From: Squalus acanthias
Taxonomy: Eukaryota
Direction: 5' to 3'
DNA: 64,000 bases
NCBI GenBank assembly: GCA_030390025.1
Contig: CM059431.1
Coordinates: forward strand, 109,184,001 to 109,248,000
How positions within the stretch are numbered: position 1 is the stretch's first letter; every line of letters starts with the position of its first letter. This document shows, piece by piece, positions 48,034-59,302 of the stretch. Position numbers and translations under genes: made by a program. The notes below the pieces were generated by a model, which saw only the letters and a list, made by a program, of their open reading frames with translations, had not been told where the DNA came from and searched no databases.

Positions 48034-49356
48034 AAGTGATGGATGGTGTCGTCAACAGTGCTATCAAGCGGCACTTATTCACCAATAATCTACTCACCGA
48101 TGCTCAGTTTGGGTTCCGCCAGGACCACTCAGCTCCAGACCTCATTACAGCCTTGGTCCAAACATGGACAAAAGAGCTGAATTCCAGAGGTGAGGTGAGA
48201 GTCACTGCCCCTGACATCAAGGCAGCATTTGACCAAATGTGCCACCAAGGAGCCCTAGTAAAATTGAAGTCAGTAGGAATCAAGGGGGAAAACACTTCAC
48301 TGGCTGGAGTCATACCTAGCACAAAAGAAGATGGCTGTAGTTGGTGGAGGACAATCATCTCAGCCCCAGGACATTGCTGTAGGAGTTCCTCAGGGCAGTG
48401 TCCTAGGCCTAACCATCTTGTTGCTTCATCAATGACCTTCCTTTCATCATGAGGTTAGAAGTGGGGATGTTTGCTGAAGATTGCACAGTGTTCAGTTCCA
48501 ATCACAACTCCTCAGATAATGAAGCAGTCCATGCCCGAATGCAGCAAGACCTGGATGACATTCATGCTTGGGCTGATAAGTGGCAAGTAACATTCGCGCC
48601 ACACAAGTGCCAGGCAATGACTATCTCTAACAAACGAGAGTCTAACCACCGCCCCTAGACATTCAACGGCATTACCATCGCCGAATCCCCTACCTTCAAC
48701 ATCCTGGAGGTCACCATTGACTAGAAACTTAACTGGACCAGCCACATAAAAAATACTATGGCTACAACAGCAGGTCAGAGGCTGGGTATTCTGTGGCGAG
48801 TGTCTAACTTCCTGACTCCCCAAAGCCTTTCCACCATCTACAAGGCAGGAGTGTGATTGAATACTCTCCACTTGCCTGGATGAGTGCAGCTCCAACAACA
48901 CTCAAGAAGCTTGACACCATCCAGGACAAAACAGCCCGCTTGATTGGCACCCCATCCACCACCTTAAACATTCACTCCCTCCACCACCAGTGTACCGTGG
49001 CTGCAGTGTGTACCATCTACAAGATGCACTGCAGCAACTCGCCAAGTCTTCTGAGGCAGCACCTCCCAAACCCGTGACCTCTACCACCGAGAAGTCCAAG
49101 GGCAGCAGGCGCATGGGAACACTGCCACCTCCAAGTTCCCCTCCAAGTCACACACCATCCTGACTTGGAAATATATCGCCATTCCTTCATCGTCGCTGGG
49201 TCAAAATCCCGGAACTCCCTCCGTAACAGCACTGTGGGAGTACCTTCACCACCACGGACTGCAGCGGTTCAAGAAGGCAGCTCACAACCACCTTGTCAAG
49301 GGCAATTGGGGATGGGCAATAAATGTTGGTCTTGCCAGCGATGCCCACATCCCAGG
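48034..49356 (+). mobile_element. Degraded CR1-group non-LTR retrotransposon (RT and 3' end)
   Basis: AQFGFRQDHSAPDL, DIKAAFD, GVPQGSVLGP-coding sequence, MFAED (from FADD), EYSPLAW; many frameshifts and stops. Confidence 0.88.
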
Positions 49357-50180
49357 AACTCATTTTTAAAAAGTCAGCGGAGAGTAATATTGGGCGCGGT
49401 GTTAAAATGGCGCTTCACCCGATCCCATGGGTTTCTCGCCCAGCGAGTTAAGTCCCTTCGTCTCTAGTCTTCAGTTTGGTTCTGTTCTGTAAAACTTGGT
49501 TAATTTTATTTTTCAGGTTAGAGTATCATTGCGGCATTTATTTATACTGAAACTTTGTGCGCTTCGGAGGAAAGCGAACTGAGTCCATGTTCATCATCTC
49601 TCAACTCCTGGAGGTCCTCAGCTCAAATTTGAGGACCATGAGGGACCAGCAGTCACTTTAATTGTGGGCCTAGACAGCAAAGGTAAGAGTTTCCAACCAA
49701 AATATTCTTCCGGAAATGATTTAAAGATAATACCCAGGATGGCGAAGGTGCTGCATTAATATGCACATAGCTGAAAGGACATGATTGCTGAAGCAATGTG
49801 GGTCACGCGATTTTCAACTGATATCAGTTTAGCTCCTTCCCGCTCAACGACTCAAATGGCAATTTTTTCCATTCCTCATCTGAAGGCAGATGCACTCCGC
49901 CCTCCTTTACCTCGCTGTAGGCCTCAACAGCAAGAAATAGATTTTCTCAGATGGGACAGAATGTTGCAGTGCAGACTTTGTACCTGGCCAAGAAGCGCAC
50001 AGCCAACCTTAACAAATCTTTGCGATGCAATATAATTAGATATGTAGTTCACCAATCGTAGGGAGGTCACAGGGGGCAGGATATGTGGCACTAACGCAGC
50101 TATTTAAAGCGCCTTGTGAAGAGAAGGATCTTTTTTTGCCGGCAAACCTCATGCGAGAGTGGTCAACAATGCCTGGCAGG

Positions 50181-50637
50181 AGAAAGAAAGACTTGCATTT
50201 ATATAGCGCCTTTCACGACCACCAGGCATCCCGAAGCACTTCACAGCCAATGAAGTACAGTCACTGTTGTAATGTGGGAAATAGGGCAGCCAATTTGCAC
50301 ACAGCAAGCTCCCACAAACAGCAATGTGATAATGACTAGATAATCTGTTTTTTGGTATGTTGAGTGAGGGATAAATATTAGCCAGGACACCAGGGATAAC
50401 TCCCCTGCTCTTGTTCGAAATAATGCCATGAGATCTTTTACATCCACCTGAGAAGAGCAGACGGGGCCTCGGTTTAGTATCTCATCCGAAAGACGGCACC
50501 TCCAACAGTGCAGCACTCCCTCAGCACTGCACTGGAGTGTCAGCCTAGATTTTTGTGCTCAAGTCTCTGGAGTGGGATTAGAACCCACAACCTTCTGAGT
50601 CAGAGGCGAGAGTGCGACCCACTGAGCCACAGCTGAC
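50181..50637 (-). mobile_element. DeuSINE/SacSINE1-like SINE, full length
   Basis: Head to tail, reverse complement of 57769-58218. Confidence 0.9.
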
Positions 50638-50764
50638 CCTGTACAATACATCATTGCCGTCTCTGTCACTTAGAGACACTGGCACCAAATTAGGATGAAG
50701 TTTTCAGAACTGAAGAAATAAGCACCTTATACCAAGTAGATGGGTAAAGTTTGCATGACATTAA

Positions 50765-51656
50765 GGGGTAAAAATTCACTTGGTTGCGCCACCCGTTAGC
50801 GCCTTAAGAGGGCGCTAATGGGGTGCAAAGCCGCTAACGCCCGGGCGCAGCGATGTTTGCGCCGCTCGAGAACTTAACTTGAGATTGTGCGGCGGCGCTA
50901 AAACTTACCGCTGCGACCACCTGCGCGCGCAGATTGTGACGTCATTCCATGGTGCAACGCCCTTGGGGCGCCCCGTAGCGGAAATTGAGTGGCGCCCCCG
51001 CCTTACCGCCTGGCGCTTCCAACGACCAGAAGACTGGAACGCTATCAATCGCTGTGGGGCTGGGGGGGGCGCTATTTAAAGGGGGCCTCTTCCTGTCTTT
51101 TATTGTTGGTGGCATTTTTGAACTACGCATTCTGAGAGAGAGAGGGAGAGACTTCTGGAGAGATTCAACATTGTGTGAAGGAGTTTTGGGTACTGAGCAG
51201 CACTTTGCAGGTTCATTTTGATTTGCCATTCCTTGTATCGATTTAGCAGAGACCGTGGGAGCTGCACTCTGAGCTCTTTGCCTGGTGCTCTCCATTGTTC
51301 TTTCCAGCACATTTGATGTGCAAGTCTCTCCAGGCCGAGATTCAAGGCAGCAATGAACAGGATGTGGATGGAAAGCAAGATTAACCATCCCCTTTAAGAA
51401 CTGGCCCGTGCCATTGTGTGTGTGTTCCATTGCTGACTGACATTACATGAGCTTCGCCAGCGCTCCGAGTTAGCGCCTCACTGCTCGGCCTTTGCGCCTT
51501 AAGAGAGGTGTGCAGCGCCTGCTTTAGCGCTCCACTCACCTCCCGGGGCGGTAAAAGTGAAGTTTCCCGTCAGTGCCGATAATTAGCGCCAGGCGCTAAT
51601 ATTTGCGTCCGGACGATATTTGCGCCCCAAATGGGGCGCGACCTAATTTCTACCCC
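50765..51656. mobile_element. Non-autonomous PIF/Harbinger element, 892 bp
   Basis: TIR GGGGTAAAAATT / AATTTCTACCCC (11 of 12); TSD TAA on both sides; subterminal TAGCGCC/GGCGCTA repeats. Confidence 0.82.
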
Positions 51657-51834
51657 TAAGTGTTTCCTTACACCCTGTTACATACTGACTGCTGCCCCAT
51701 GCAAAGTGCACAGACCACCTTACACTCCTCTGAATAATTACCATGTCAATAATGCAGCAGGGCACAAATTCTGGCTGCAACTTATCAATGAATCTCTTGG
51801 TACAGATATTACATCCATCTGAACAGGCAGACAT

Positions 51835-51982
51835 TGGTTTAAAATTGCATCTGAAATTTGGCACCTCTGACAATGCAGCACTCCTCAGTACTGTACTGAA
51901 CTGTCAGCCTAGATTATGTACTCGAGTCCCTGCAGAGGAGGTTGAATCCACAACTTTCTGGCTTAGAGGTGTGACTGCTACA
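51835..51982 (-). mobile_element. Old DeuSINE-like 5' fragment
   Basis: GGCACCTCTGACAATGCAGCACTCCTCAGTACTG...TGTCAGCCTAGATT. Confidence 0.7.
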
Positions 51983-52449
51983 CTGGAGGAGGGAACACTG
52001 TGTGAAGCAGTGTACAAGTGAGAAGGAGCAAGTGAAGAAGCAGGAAGCGACGTGTTAGATGGCCAGCTCGCATCCTTCTTTAGCTGCAGAGCCCAGGGAT
52101 TCGGACTAAGTGGGACATGCTGGTTTTCCACCAGTCATTAGTCCAGTTTGCCTTCTTCAAGTAATCCAGGCACTGCTTCAAAATTTAAAAAATATCTGAG
52201 CTACTATCTGGGAATTATGCGTCAATCTGTATGGTCTGTGTAGCTGATCACTAACGCCTTACACATTGACAGTTCTGGTGGCTCATGAATGCCATGGCAT
52301 TATGTCTCGAGCTCAGATGGTCACACGGGTGCCATCGATAAGGCCTTGTCTTTGGGGAAATCCTACCATTCTAATGTCGCTTTTCCCTGGGCAGAAGAAT
52401 TAAAGATGCTTGCCTTCATAAGCAAAGCACTTGCTAGATTCACCTCAGC

Positions 52450-52715
52450 ACATGCCGATTGACTGATGTTGCAGATGTCCCTTGTGCTAGCCTAGAAGGA
52501 CCCGATGCATACAAGTTGAGGGTAGTGGCGACCTTGACTGCAACTGCCGGTGCCATCCCTGTGGTTCAGGAGGTCTGCAGGTCCACCTTCAGCAGATGGC
52601 AGAACTTTGCCACAGCCTCCCTGGTGAACCTTAGCCTGTGAAGACAGTTTTCTTCCGACAGTCCCAGGTAACAATGCCTGGATCTGTAAACATGGCCCAA
52701 GGGTAATGGCGGGTA
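52450..52715 (-). pseudogene. Harbinger (HARBI1-like) transposase N-terminal remnant
   Basis: Manual translation HVYRSRHCYLGLSEENCLHRLRFTREAVAKFCHLLKVDLQTS*TTGMAPAVAVKVATTLNLYASG, then a frameshift to SF*ASTRDICNISQS. Confidence 0.75.
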
Positions 52716-53290
52716 TGTGCAAACCAAAACAGGTGCAGGTGAACGTGCCTGGCATCCCTTTGTTCATCCTTTTCTTTGCCCCCCACCCATCCCCCCTCCC
52801 TGCCGCCCAAATAAACCCCGGATTGAGGAGCACCGAATGCTAAATCCATTTTCACAACTTTGGCTGTAGCAATCTTACTTCAAACATTGCAGCTTGAAGA
52901 ATCTGCTTCCTGCAAAGCCAGAATGTGAATCACCTTTAACACCCATTTTATCAGGGCAGGATAAGCGCAGGGCCCAAGGCTTGTGTAACACTCGGGAGAC
53001 TGCGCAAGATTGCATTAACATCAAACGGACCATGTTAATTAAGCTCTCGTACAGTCTGTGTAAAGGCAGTTCAGGCCAGCCTACGAGGCTGGCCAGACAA
53101 TCGTGCATTGCACGAGTCCGAAATTGCACAAGCACGCCATTTCCTGATCTCCACGTGCCTTAATCAGTAAAGCAGGCAAGATCCCACCAGCTCGGAAAAT
53201 ATACCTCACCGCCCCCTCCGACCCCCCCCGGCCCGTGTGTCAAACGAGCTCTTCCTTCATGGAGGACATCACAACTAAGCTTAATCCTGA

Positions 53291-53446
53291 ATAACAACAG
53301 AAAACACCGGAAAAACTCAGGAGGCCAGGCAGCATCCGTGGAGAGAGAAACAGAGTTAACGTTTCAGGTCGAAGACCTTTCATCAGAACTGGAAAAAAGC
53401 AGGAAATGAAATAGATTTAAAGCAAGTATAAAGCTGGGAAAAAGGG
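53291..53446 (-). mobile_element. Penelope terminal fragment (family 1)
   Basis: Near-identical to 15956-16090; 12-bp TSD GCTTAATCCTGA at 53279-53290 and 53447-53458. Confidence 0.88.
53354..53390 (-). ncRNA. Minimal type I hammerhead ribozyme motif
   Basis: AGTT-CTGATGA-A-AGGTC-TTC-GACCT-GAAA-CG-TT-AACT. Confidence 0.75.
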
Positions 53447-54107
53447 GCTTAATCCTGACCTTTCTCACCTGCTGCCCACACGCTTTCCAGCAGGGGTCAA
53501 GGGATGGCAATTTGGAGAGGGAAATCTCACAGATTTTTTTTTTTTTGCCCACCTCAATCTGGGGACATCAAGGCCTTCTGCCAACCCTGCTAAGATCAAC
53601 TAATTCAGCAGAGATTGGGGTCTGAATCTGGAACTGTCTTGGTCCGCGTAGCTCATTTCAACACCGGTTCGTGCAAATTGAACTACTGGGGGAAACTGTG
53701 GCTTGGTTTTTTAAAAGGGGCCCCTTTCAGGTGAGCATGAAAAGATTTTTAAATTTACAAAACAAATATTGTGCTCATATCTCGAGCCATAAAAGTGAGA
53801 GCTTGTGTGTGTGAAATATGTTATTAAATCTATGACTAGCTCTCACCTCTGTGATTGAATGAAGAGGCACAGCAGAATCAATGTCGGCACTTACAATGTG
53901 TGTATATGATTATGGTCTCGCACAGGAATATGTAATGTCTTAAAAACAAATCACTTTAGGGTTTTTCAGACCAGGGTCGTAATTCTTTCAGCCCTTGCCT
54001 TCAAAATGACTTCCATGCCACTATGCAATTTCTCATCGACAATAAAAAGATAATTCAGCCCTAGTACATGGGCTGTACTATTCTGAGAGACACTCCCTCT
54101 TCTTTGA

Positions 54108-54560
54108 AATAAAAACAGAAAATGCTGGAAATACTCAGCAGGTCAGGCAGCAACTGTGGAGAGAGAAATAGAGTTAACGTTTCAGGTCGATGACCCTTCG
54201 TCAGAACTGGAAAAAGCTGGAGATGGAACAGGTTTTTAAGCAAGTGTAGGGGCAGGGAAAGGGGGGAGGGGAGGAAAGAACAAAAGGGAAGGTCTGTGAT
54301 AGGATGGAAGGCAGGAGGGATTAAGAGACAAAAGGGATGATGGTAATGGGACAAGTTAAGAAACAAAAGATGACTCTAGATGAAGTGTAAATGGCAATGG
54401 CAGAATGATTGACAGCTGCCATGTGAGAGAGAGAAAAAAATTGATAAGGGCAGAGGTTATGGTCTGAAATTGTTGAACTCGATGTTGAGTCAGAGGCTGT
54501 AAAGTGCCTAATCGAAAGATGAGGTGCTGTTCCTCGAGCTTACGTTGAGCTTCCAATGAA
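54108..54560 (-). mobile_element. 5'-truncated Penelope copy (GIY-YIG C-terminus plus terminal repeat)
   Basis: EAQRKLEEQHLIFRLGTLQP; 13-bp TSD CCCTCTTCTTTGA at 54095-54107 and 54561-54573. Confidence 0.9.
54172..54208 (-). ncRNA. Minimal type I hammerhead ribozyme motif
   Basis: AGTT-CTGACGA-A-GGGTC-ATC-GACCT-GAAA-CG-TT-AACT. Confidence 0.75.
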
Positions 54561-57242
54561 CCCTCTTCTTTGAGATGTTTTTGCCCCCACCACTTTCTTG
54601 AGTTTCCTTAGGCCCAATTGAGAGGACCTGTGCGGAGGCCTCCACGAATGCCACACTGAAACTGGCCACCAGGAGGTGCGAGAGAGCACGAGAGCCACTC
54701 TCCCACCAATTTTCCTTTCTGTTCCCGTGGGGAAACACTCGGCCCCTACTCAGCGTCTCCCCCCACAGCAGTACTCTGCGGAACGGGGATTGGGGTCACA
54801 ATGCGCGGCGATGCCGGTTTTCCTGCGGGGACAAGCGCGTTCAAAATTCGACCCAAAGGTGGGGCTTACTCAGATTTGACAATTCATTCAGAGCTCACCT
54901 CCTGGCCAGTATAGTCATTCAGTCTTGTCATCAAATTGTGAAGGCGCTCCCAATTGGAAAAGGGTGACATAATCGTTCTAAATCCTCCTGGGGTAGATTC
55001 TAATAATCGGATACTAGTGACTAGAAATCGCTTTACAGTAGTCAGTGCGAGTTACAGCTCTGATCAGCCGACAAAAGAGATGCCAATAGGAAATAAAATA
55101 CAGAGGCAGTATTCAATCTGAGGCACAGATAGATATTAAAACATGAACATACACACTGCTATCACATGCAGAACTCAATCCTATTAAATGTCACTATGTT
55201 GGAAATAAACAGCACTAATAAGAGTGGTTACTACATAATCTTCTGTCTCGTGTGCTCATTTGAAGTGCGAGAAATAGCAATAAACCCAAGTTTGAAATAA
55301 AGAAGGGTACACGTTGAATTCTTGAGGAGGATTGAAGTGTTTTAAAAGGTTATATTATGTAGATTTGAATGAACTGAACTACTGCCATGCCAGTTATAAA
55401 GGGATACTGCCTGTCTGAGCAAGATGTTATGTAATGTAGTGTGTGTTCATCAGCACATGCTGTGACAGCGTTATCAAACTGTTGATTTACACTGAGCAGA
55501 AATGAACGTATTATCAATCATCCATCTCTCATAACTGTCAGGGTGCAAGCACATCCACAGAATTGTAGCTGGATTATCAGACGGTGCGAAGAAACGTTCT
55601 TTACCGGCATTCAAAGAGACTTACTTTTTTTTTTGCAGAGAGCACCTTGCTCTTTTTAAAAGGCAACTGGAGACATCAAATGAAAAAAATTCAGCTAAAA
55701 AAAAATAGGTAAAAGACAGCTGCTGCTATCTGGGTCTGGAAATGTTGGCTGTGGATCTGTCATCGTCTCCTGTTAATCTGCAGCACTTGCAAAAGATACA
55801 GAGACTTTAAAAAAAAAAGCCCTCCCCAAGCCGTCTGCTTCTGGGCACAATCAAGTTTATTGATAATTCATGATGTCATCCCAGCACCACTGTTGAGCTG
55901 TTTTTTTCTGGAACAGACAGTAACAGCGAAATGCAAGTCAAGAATGGCTTGACTATCCGGCTATCCTTGGCGTTCTAATAACCTGCACACTGCCTCTCCC
56001 CACACACCTATCATTATTATTTACATCCTTTCACATGGGGTGTATATCATTCTGCAGATGTAGGTTATCATGCCATCTTCACGGAATGAAGGTTCATCCT
56101 AATAGGGCTCAGGTGTTTCAATGCAATCTCGCAGATGACTATTCCACTGGGCTTGCTGTCACACCAGGGTAAAACAACATTAAACAGACTGATACCCAGC
56201 AGCATTCTGAGAGTGGGCGGCACAAGAACGAAACAGTGTGGATGTGGACGCATACATTCCAAGAAATAAAATGTCGTGCTATTGTTCTTTTACAGAAATA
56301 TCCTATAGGAAATCTTGGTGAAAATCCCACTCGATCCCATATGGCATTTATGGGCTCTGGGAGCACATCCAGTTGTGCTGTGTTCAAGATGTGACTCCGA
56401 CTGGAGTGAAAGAAATATAGTACTGTTAAAATAATATTCACATGCTGGTTGTTTTGATGTAACAAGGTTCATGAGAAATTTGGCAGAGAAATAAGAAAGT
56501 GCATTTTTTTTTATGTAGATCCGATTTTTGATAGATATTAAATGCTTGTCTACTCCAACAACAGGCAACACTGAATCTCATTAAAGCAAAAAGCAATTCT
56601 GAAAAACCTGTTTTGACTGATCTGCTCCTTTACTTTTCACAAAATCCATTAAATGTGGAACAAGTCTTCAAAAAGAAGGCCAGAAAAAAAAACTTACAAG
56701 TCAGGGTGCCTTTGAGGATATTTAATTAAAATCTAATCCTGCATTCATTAAGGCTCACATAAATTAAGCTGTCATTCATAAGATTTATGTATTCTCATTT
56801 GCATATTGCATACAATTCATCAATTACTCAAGTATGAAAGCACCACATTTCCCTTGGAGCTGCCTGCTACTCTGCCAACATTTGAAATGAGGGAGAGAGC
56901 AAGGCTGTCACGCGCTCTTGCAAACTTCCCTCCAAACGTCTGCTGTTAGCTAGCGGTAATCTTTATCCCTTCATTACAAACCTTTGACAAGCGAAGTGCT
57001 CTAAGCTCCGGTCTGTGTGCTCACCATATCAAAACGCAGCAGCGTCTTTTCATGTTTTATCTTACTTCGGTCTTGTTTCGGATTTTCTGGAGCAGCGTGG
57101 GGTATATATCTTAAATGGTGCCTTAAATGTCGCCGTCCTGTGCCTTCTGTCTGAATTTTAAAACCAAACGTGGAAATCTAAGGACCCAGTTTACCAAAAT
57201 TATCGCCGGTTCGAGCACCAGCAATGAACCGTATAGTTTGGC

Positions 57243-57466
57243 AACAGCAAAATGCTGCGGATGCTGGAAATCTGAAATAACGACAGAAAATGCTGGAAAC
57301 ACTCAGCAGGTCAGGCAGCGTCCCTGGAGAGAGAAACAGAGTCAACGTTTCGAGTCGGGGACCCTTCGTCAGTGGATGCTCAGGTCCGATGAAGGGTCCC
57401 CGACTCGAAACGTTGACTCTGTTTCTCTCTCCTCGACGCTGCCTGACCTGCTGAGTGTTGCCAGCC
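57243..57466. mobile_element. Miniature palindromic Penelope derivative with two divergently oriented hammerhead remnants
   Basis: Arms ~57292-57372 and 57386-57465 separated by a 13-nt spacer, with an unpaired tail on the left; possible imperfect TSD TAGTTTGGC/TATTTTGGC. Confidence 0.85.
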
Positions 57467-57524
57467 TATTTTGGCTGTGGTTCTCAAAGGTCACAAGGTA
57501 AAATAACTTCAGGGGCAAACTTCA

Positions 57525-57765
57525 ATGGCTCAGTTGTTAAATGAACTTTGCGGCAAGACATCCAGGCTAGGTAGGCCGCAGGCTTGATCCCCAGTGGATG
57601 CTCAGTTAGTTGATCATAGCCGGGACATGGTAGAGGCTCTACAATTGGCCTCAGTGCCCTGGCTTAAAGATGGCAAAAATCACACGGGGTTCCCGTTGCT
57701 GGTTGCTGTCCAGCAAACCCCGCTGGAAGTGTATGGACGTGGATCTTGGGCGAGGACAGGAGGCG
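57525..57765 (+). mobile_element. Old SINE-like family B, 5' part
   Basis: TGGCTCAGTTG head, CTACAATTGGCCTCAGTGCCC, CCCCGCTGGAAGTG; reverse complement of blocks at 23245-23635 and 53460-53690. Confidence 0.55.
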
Positions 57766-57768
57766 AGT

Positions 57769-58218
57769 GTCAGCTGTGGCTCACTGGGTAGCACTCGCGT
57801 CTCTGAGTCAAAAGGTTGTGGGTTCAAGTCCCACTCCAGGGGCTTGAGCATATAAAGCTAGGCTTACACTCCAGGGCAGTACTGAGGGAGTGCTGCACTG
57901 TCGGAGGTGCCGTCATTCGGATGAGATGTTAAACCGAGGCCCCGTCTTCTCTCTCATGTGGACGTGAAAGATCCCATGGCACTATTTCGAAGAAGAGCAG
58001 CGGTGTTATCCCTGGTGTCCTGGGCCAATATTTATCCCTCAACCAACATCACTAATACAGATTATCTGGTCATTATCACATTGCTGTTTGTGGGAGCTTG
58101 CTGTGCACAAATTGGCTGCCGCGTTTCCTACATTACAACAGTGACTACACTTCAAAAGTACTTAATTGGCTGTAAAGCGCTTTGAGACGTCCGGTGGTCG
58201 TGAAAGTCTTTTTTTTTT
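57769..58218 (+). mobile_element. DeuSINE/SacSINE1-like SINE, full length
   Basis: tRNA-like head (B box GGTTCAAGTCC), Deu-type core GGATGAGA.GTTAAACCGAGG...AAAGATCCCATGGCACT...GGTGTCCTGG, and an L2-like tail. Confidence 0.9.
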
Positions 58219-58904
58219 GGCTGTGATGTTCCTGCTGTTAACTAGCTCAGAAAATGCAAAGATACAAGTTTCAGACTAGGACAGGATTGGCGTCGGCCGC
58301 GATGCTTCACAAGAGAAGAAAAATACGTATTTTTGGTCCTGCGTCTCTTCAGACTTTCTGCTGCAGCGGCGCCGTAACTTGGACGGAAGCGTGACGTAAA
58401 CGAGATTTCCACCGTACCTCCGACAAGGCTATGGCAGCGCAGCGGCAGAAAGTCCACGTGGAAATTCAGGGCCCCTGGTCCACGATTACTTACGAGCTGG
58501 AGCTTTAATAAGGCTCAACTATGCAAGCTGCCCCTCAACAGCAGCTGCCCTGAATCCATCTTGGAGTCAGAATCTTCTTCATGTCAGGCGCGCGGCACCA
58601 GATCTGACAGGGCATGAGCACCTGACTCCTTTATAAACCAAATCAAACCAGTGAAACCACCGCATGGCACCCAAGCACAAATAAAATAATCAGCAAATAT
58701 TTAGTGATGCGGATAGTTAAACAGCTCACGCGTATAACATGCTTCTCTGAATTGCTAATGCGGACTAAACTCCCTCTTTGACAATAATGCATCTCTCAAT
58801 AATTACGATTCAGCCTGAGAACTCACAGCTTTCTGAATATTTTAAGTCAGACATGACATAATCTTAATGGGCACCGTATACATTGCAAAAGCTACACAGA
58901 AAGT

Positions 58905-59190
58905 TCAGAGAATCACACAGCGCAGAAGGAGGCCATTCGGCCCATCGTGCCTGTGGCGGCTCTTTGAAAGAGCTCTCCAATTAGCCCCACTCCCCTGCTC
59001 TTTCGCCATAGCCCTGCAATCAATGCTTTCAAGATCTCCACTTGGACCATGCAAAGTCTTAATACTGCACTTGGAAGCAAATTTTTCCCCTTCAAGTATT
59101 TATCCAATTCCCTTTTGAAAGTTATTATTGAATCTGCTTCCACCGCCCTTTCAGGCAGCGCATTCCAGATCATAACAGCTCACTGCGGGA
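58905..59190 (-). mobile_element. CR1 LINE 3' fragment with a 57-nt insertion
   Basis: IWNALPERAVEADSIITFKRELDKYLKGKN and a CR1 3' hairpin. Confidence 0.85.
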
Positions 59191-59302
59191 AATGTTGTGG
59201 AATGTGATGTTTATCCCATAAATGAAAGTGGCCTGGAGATGCCACACATATACCGTCTACATTATGAATAGAATAAATATACATAATAACTTTCAATGCA
59301 AT

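Noticed and set aside
58280..58475. CpG-island or alternative promoter with ETS/CRE-like motif (CGGAAGCGTGACGT)
   Set aside because: Short, and it ends in GAAATTCAGGGCCC like the MITE termini, so more likely a transposon end.
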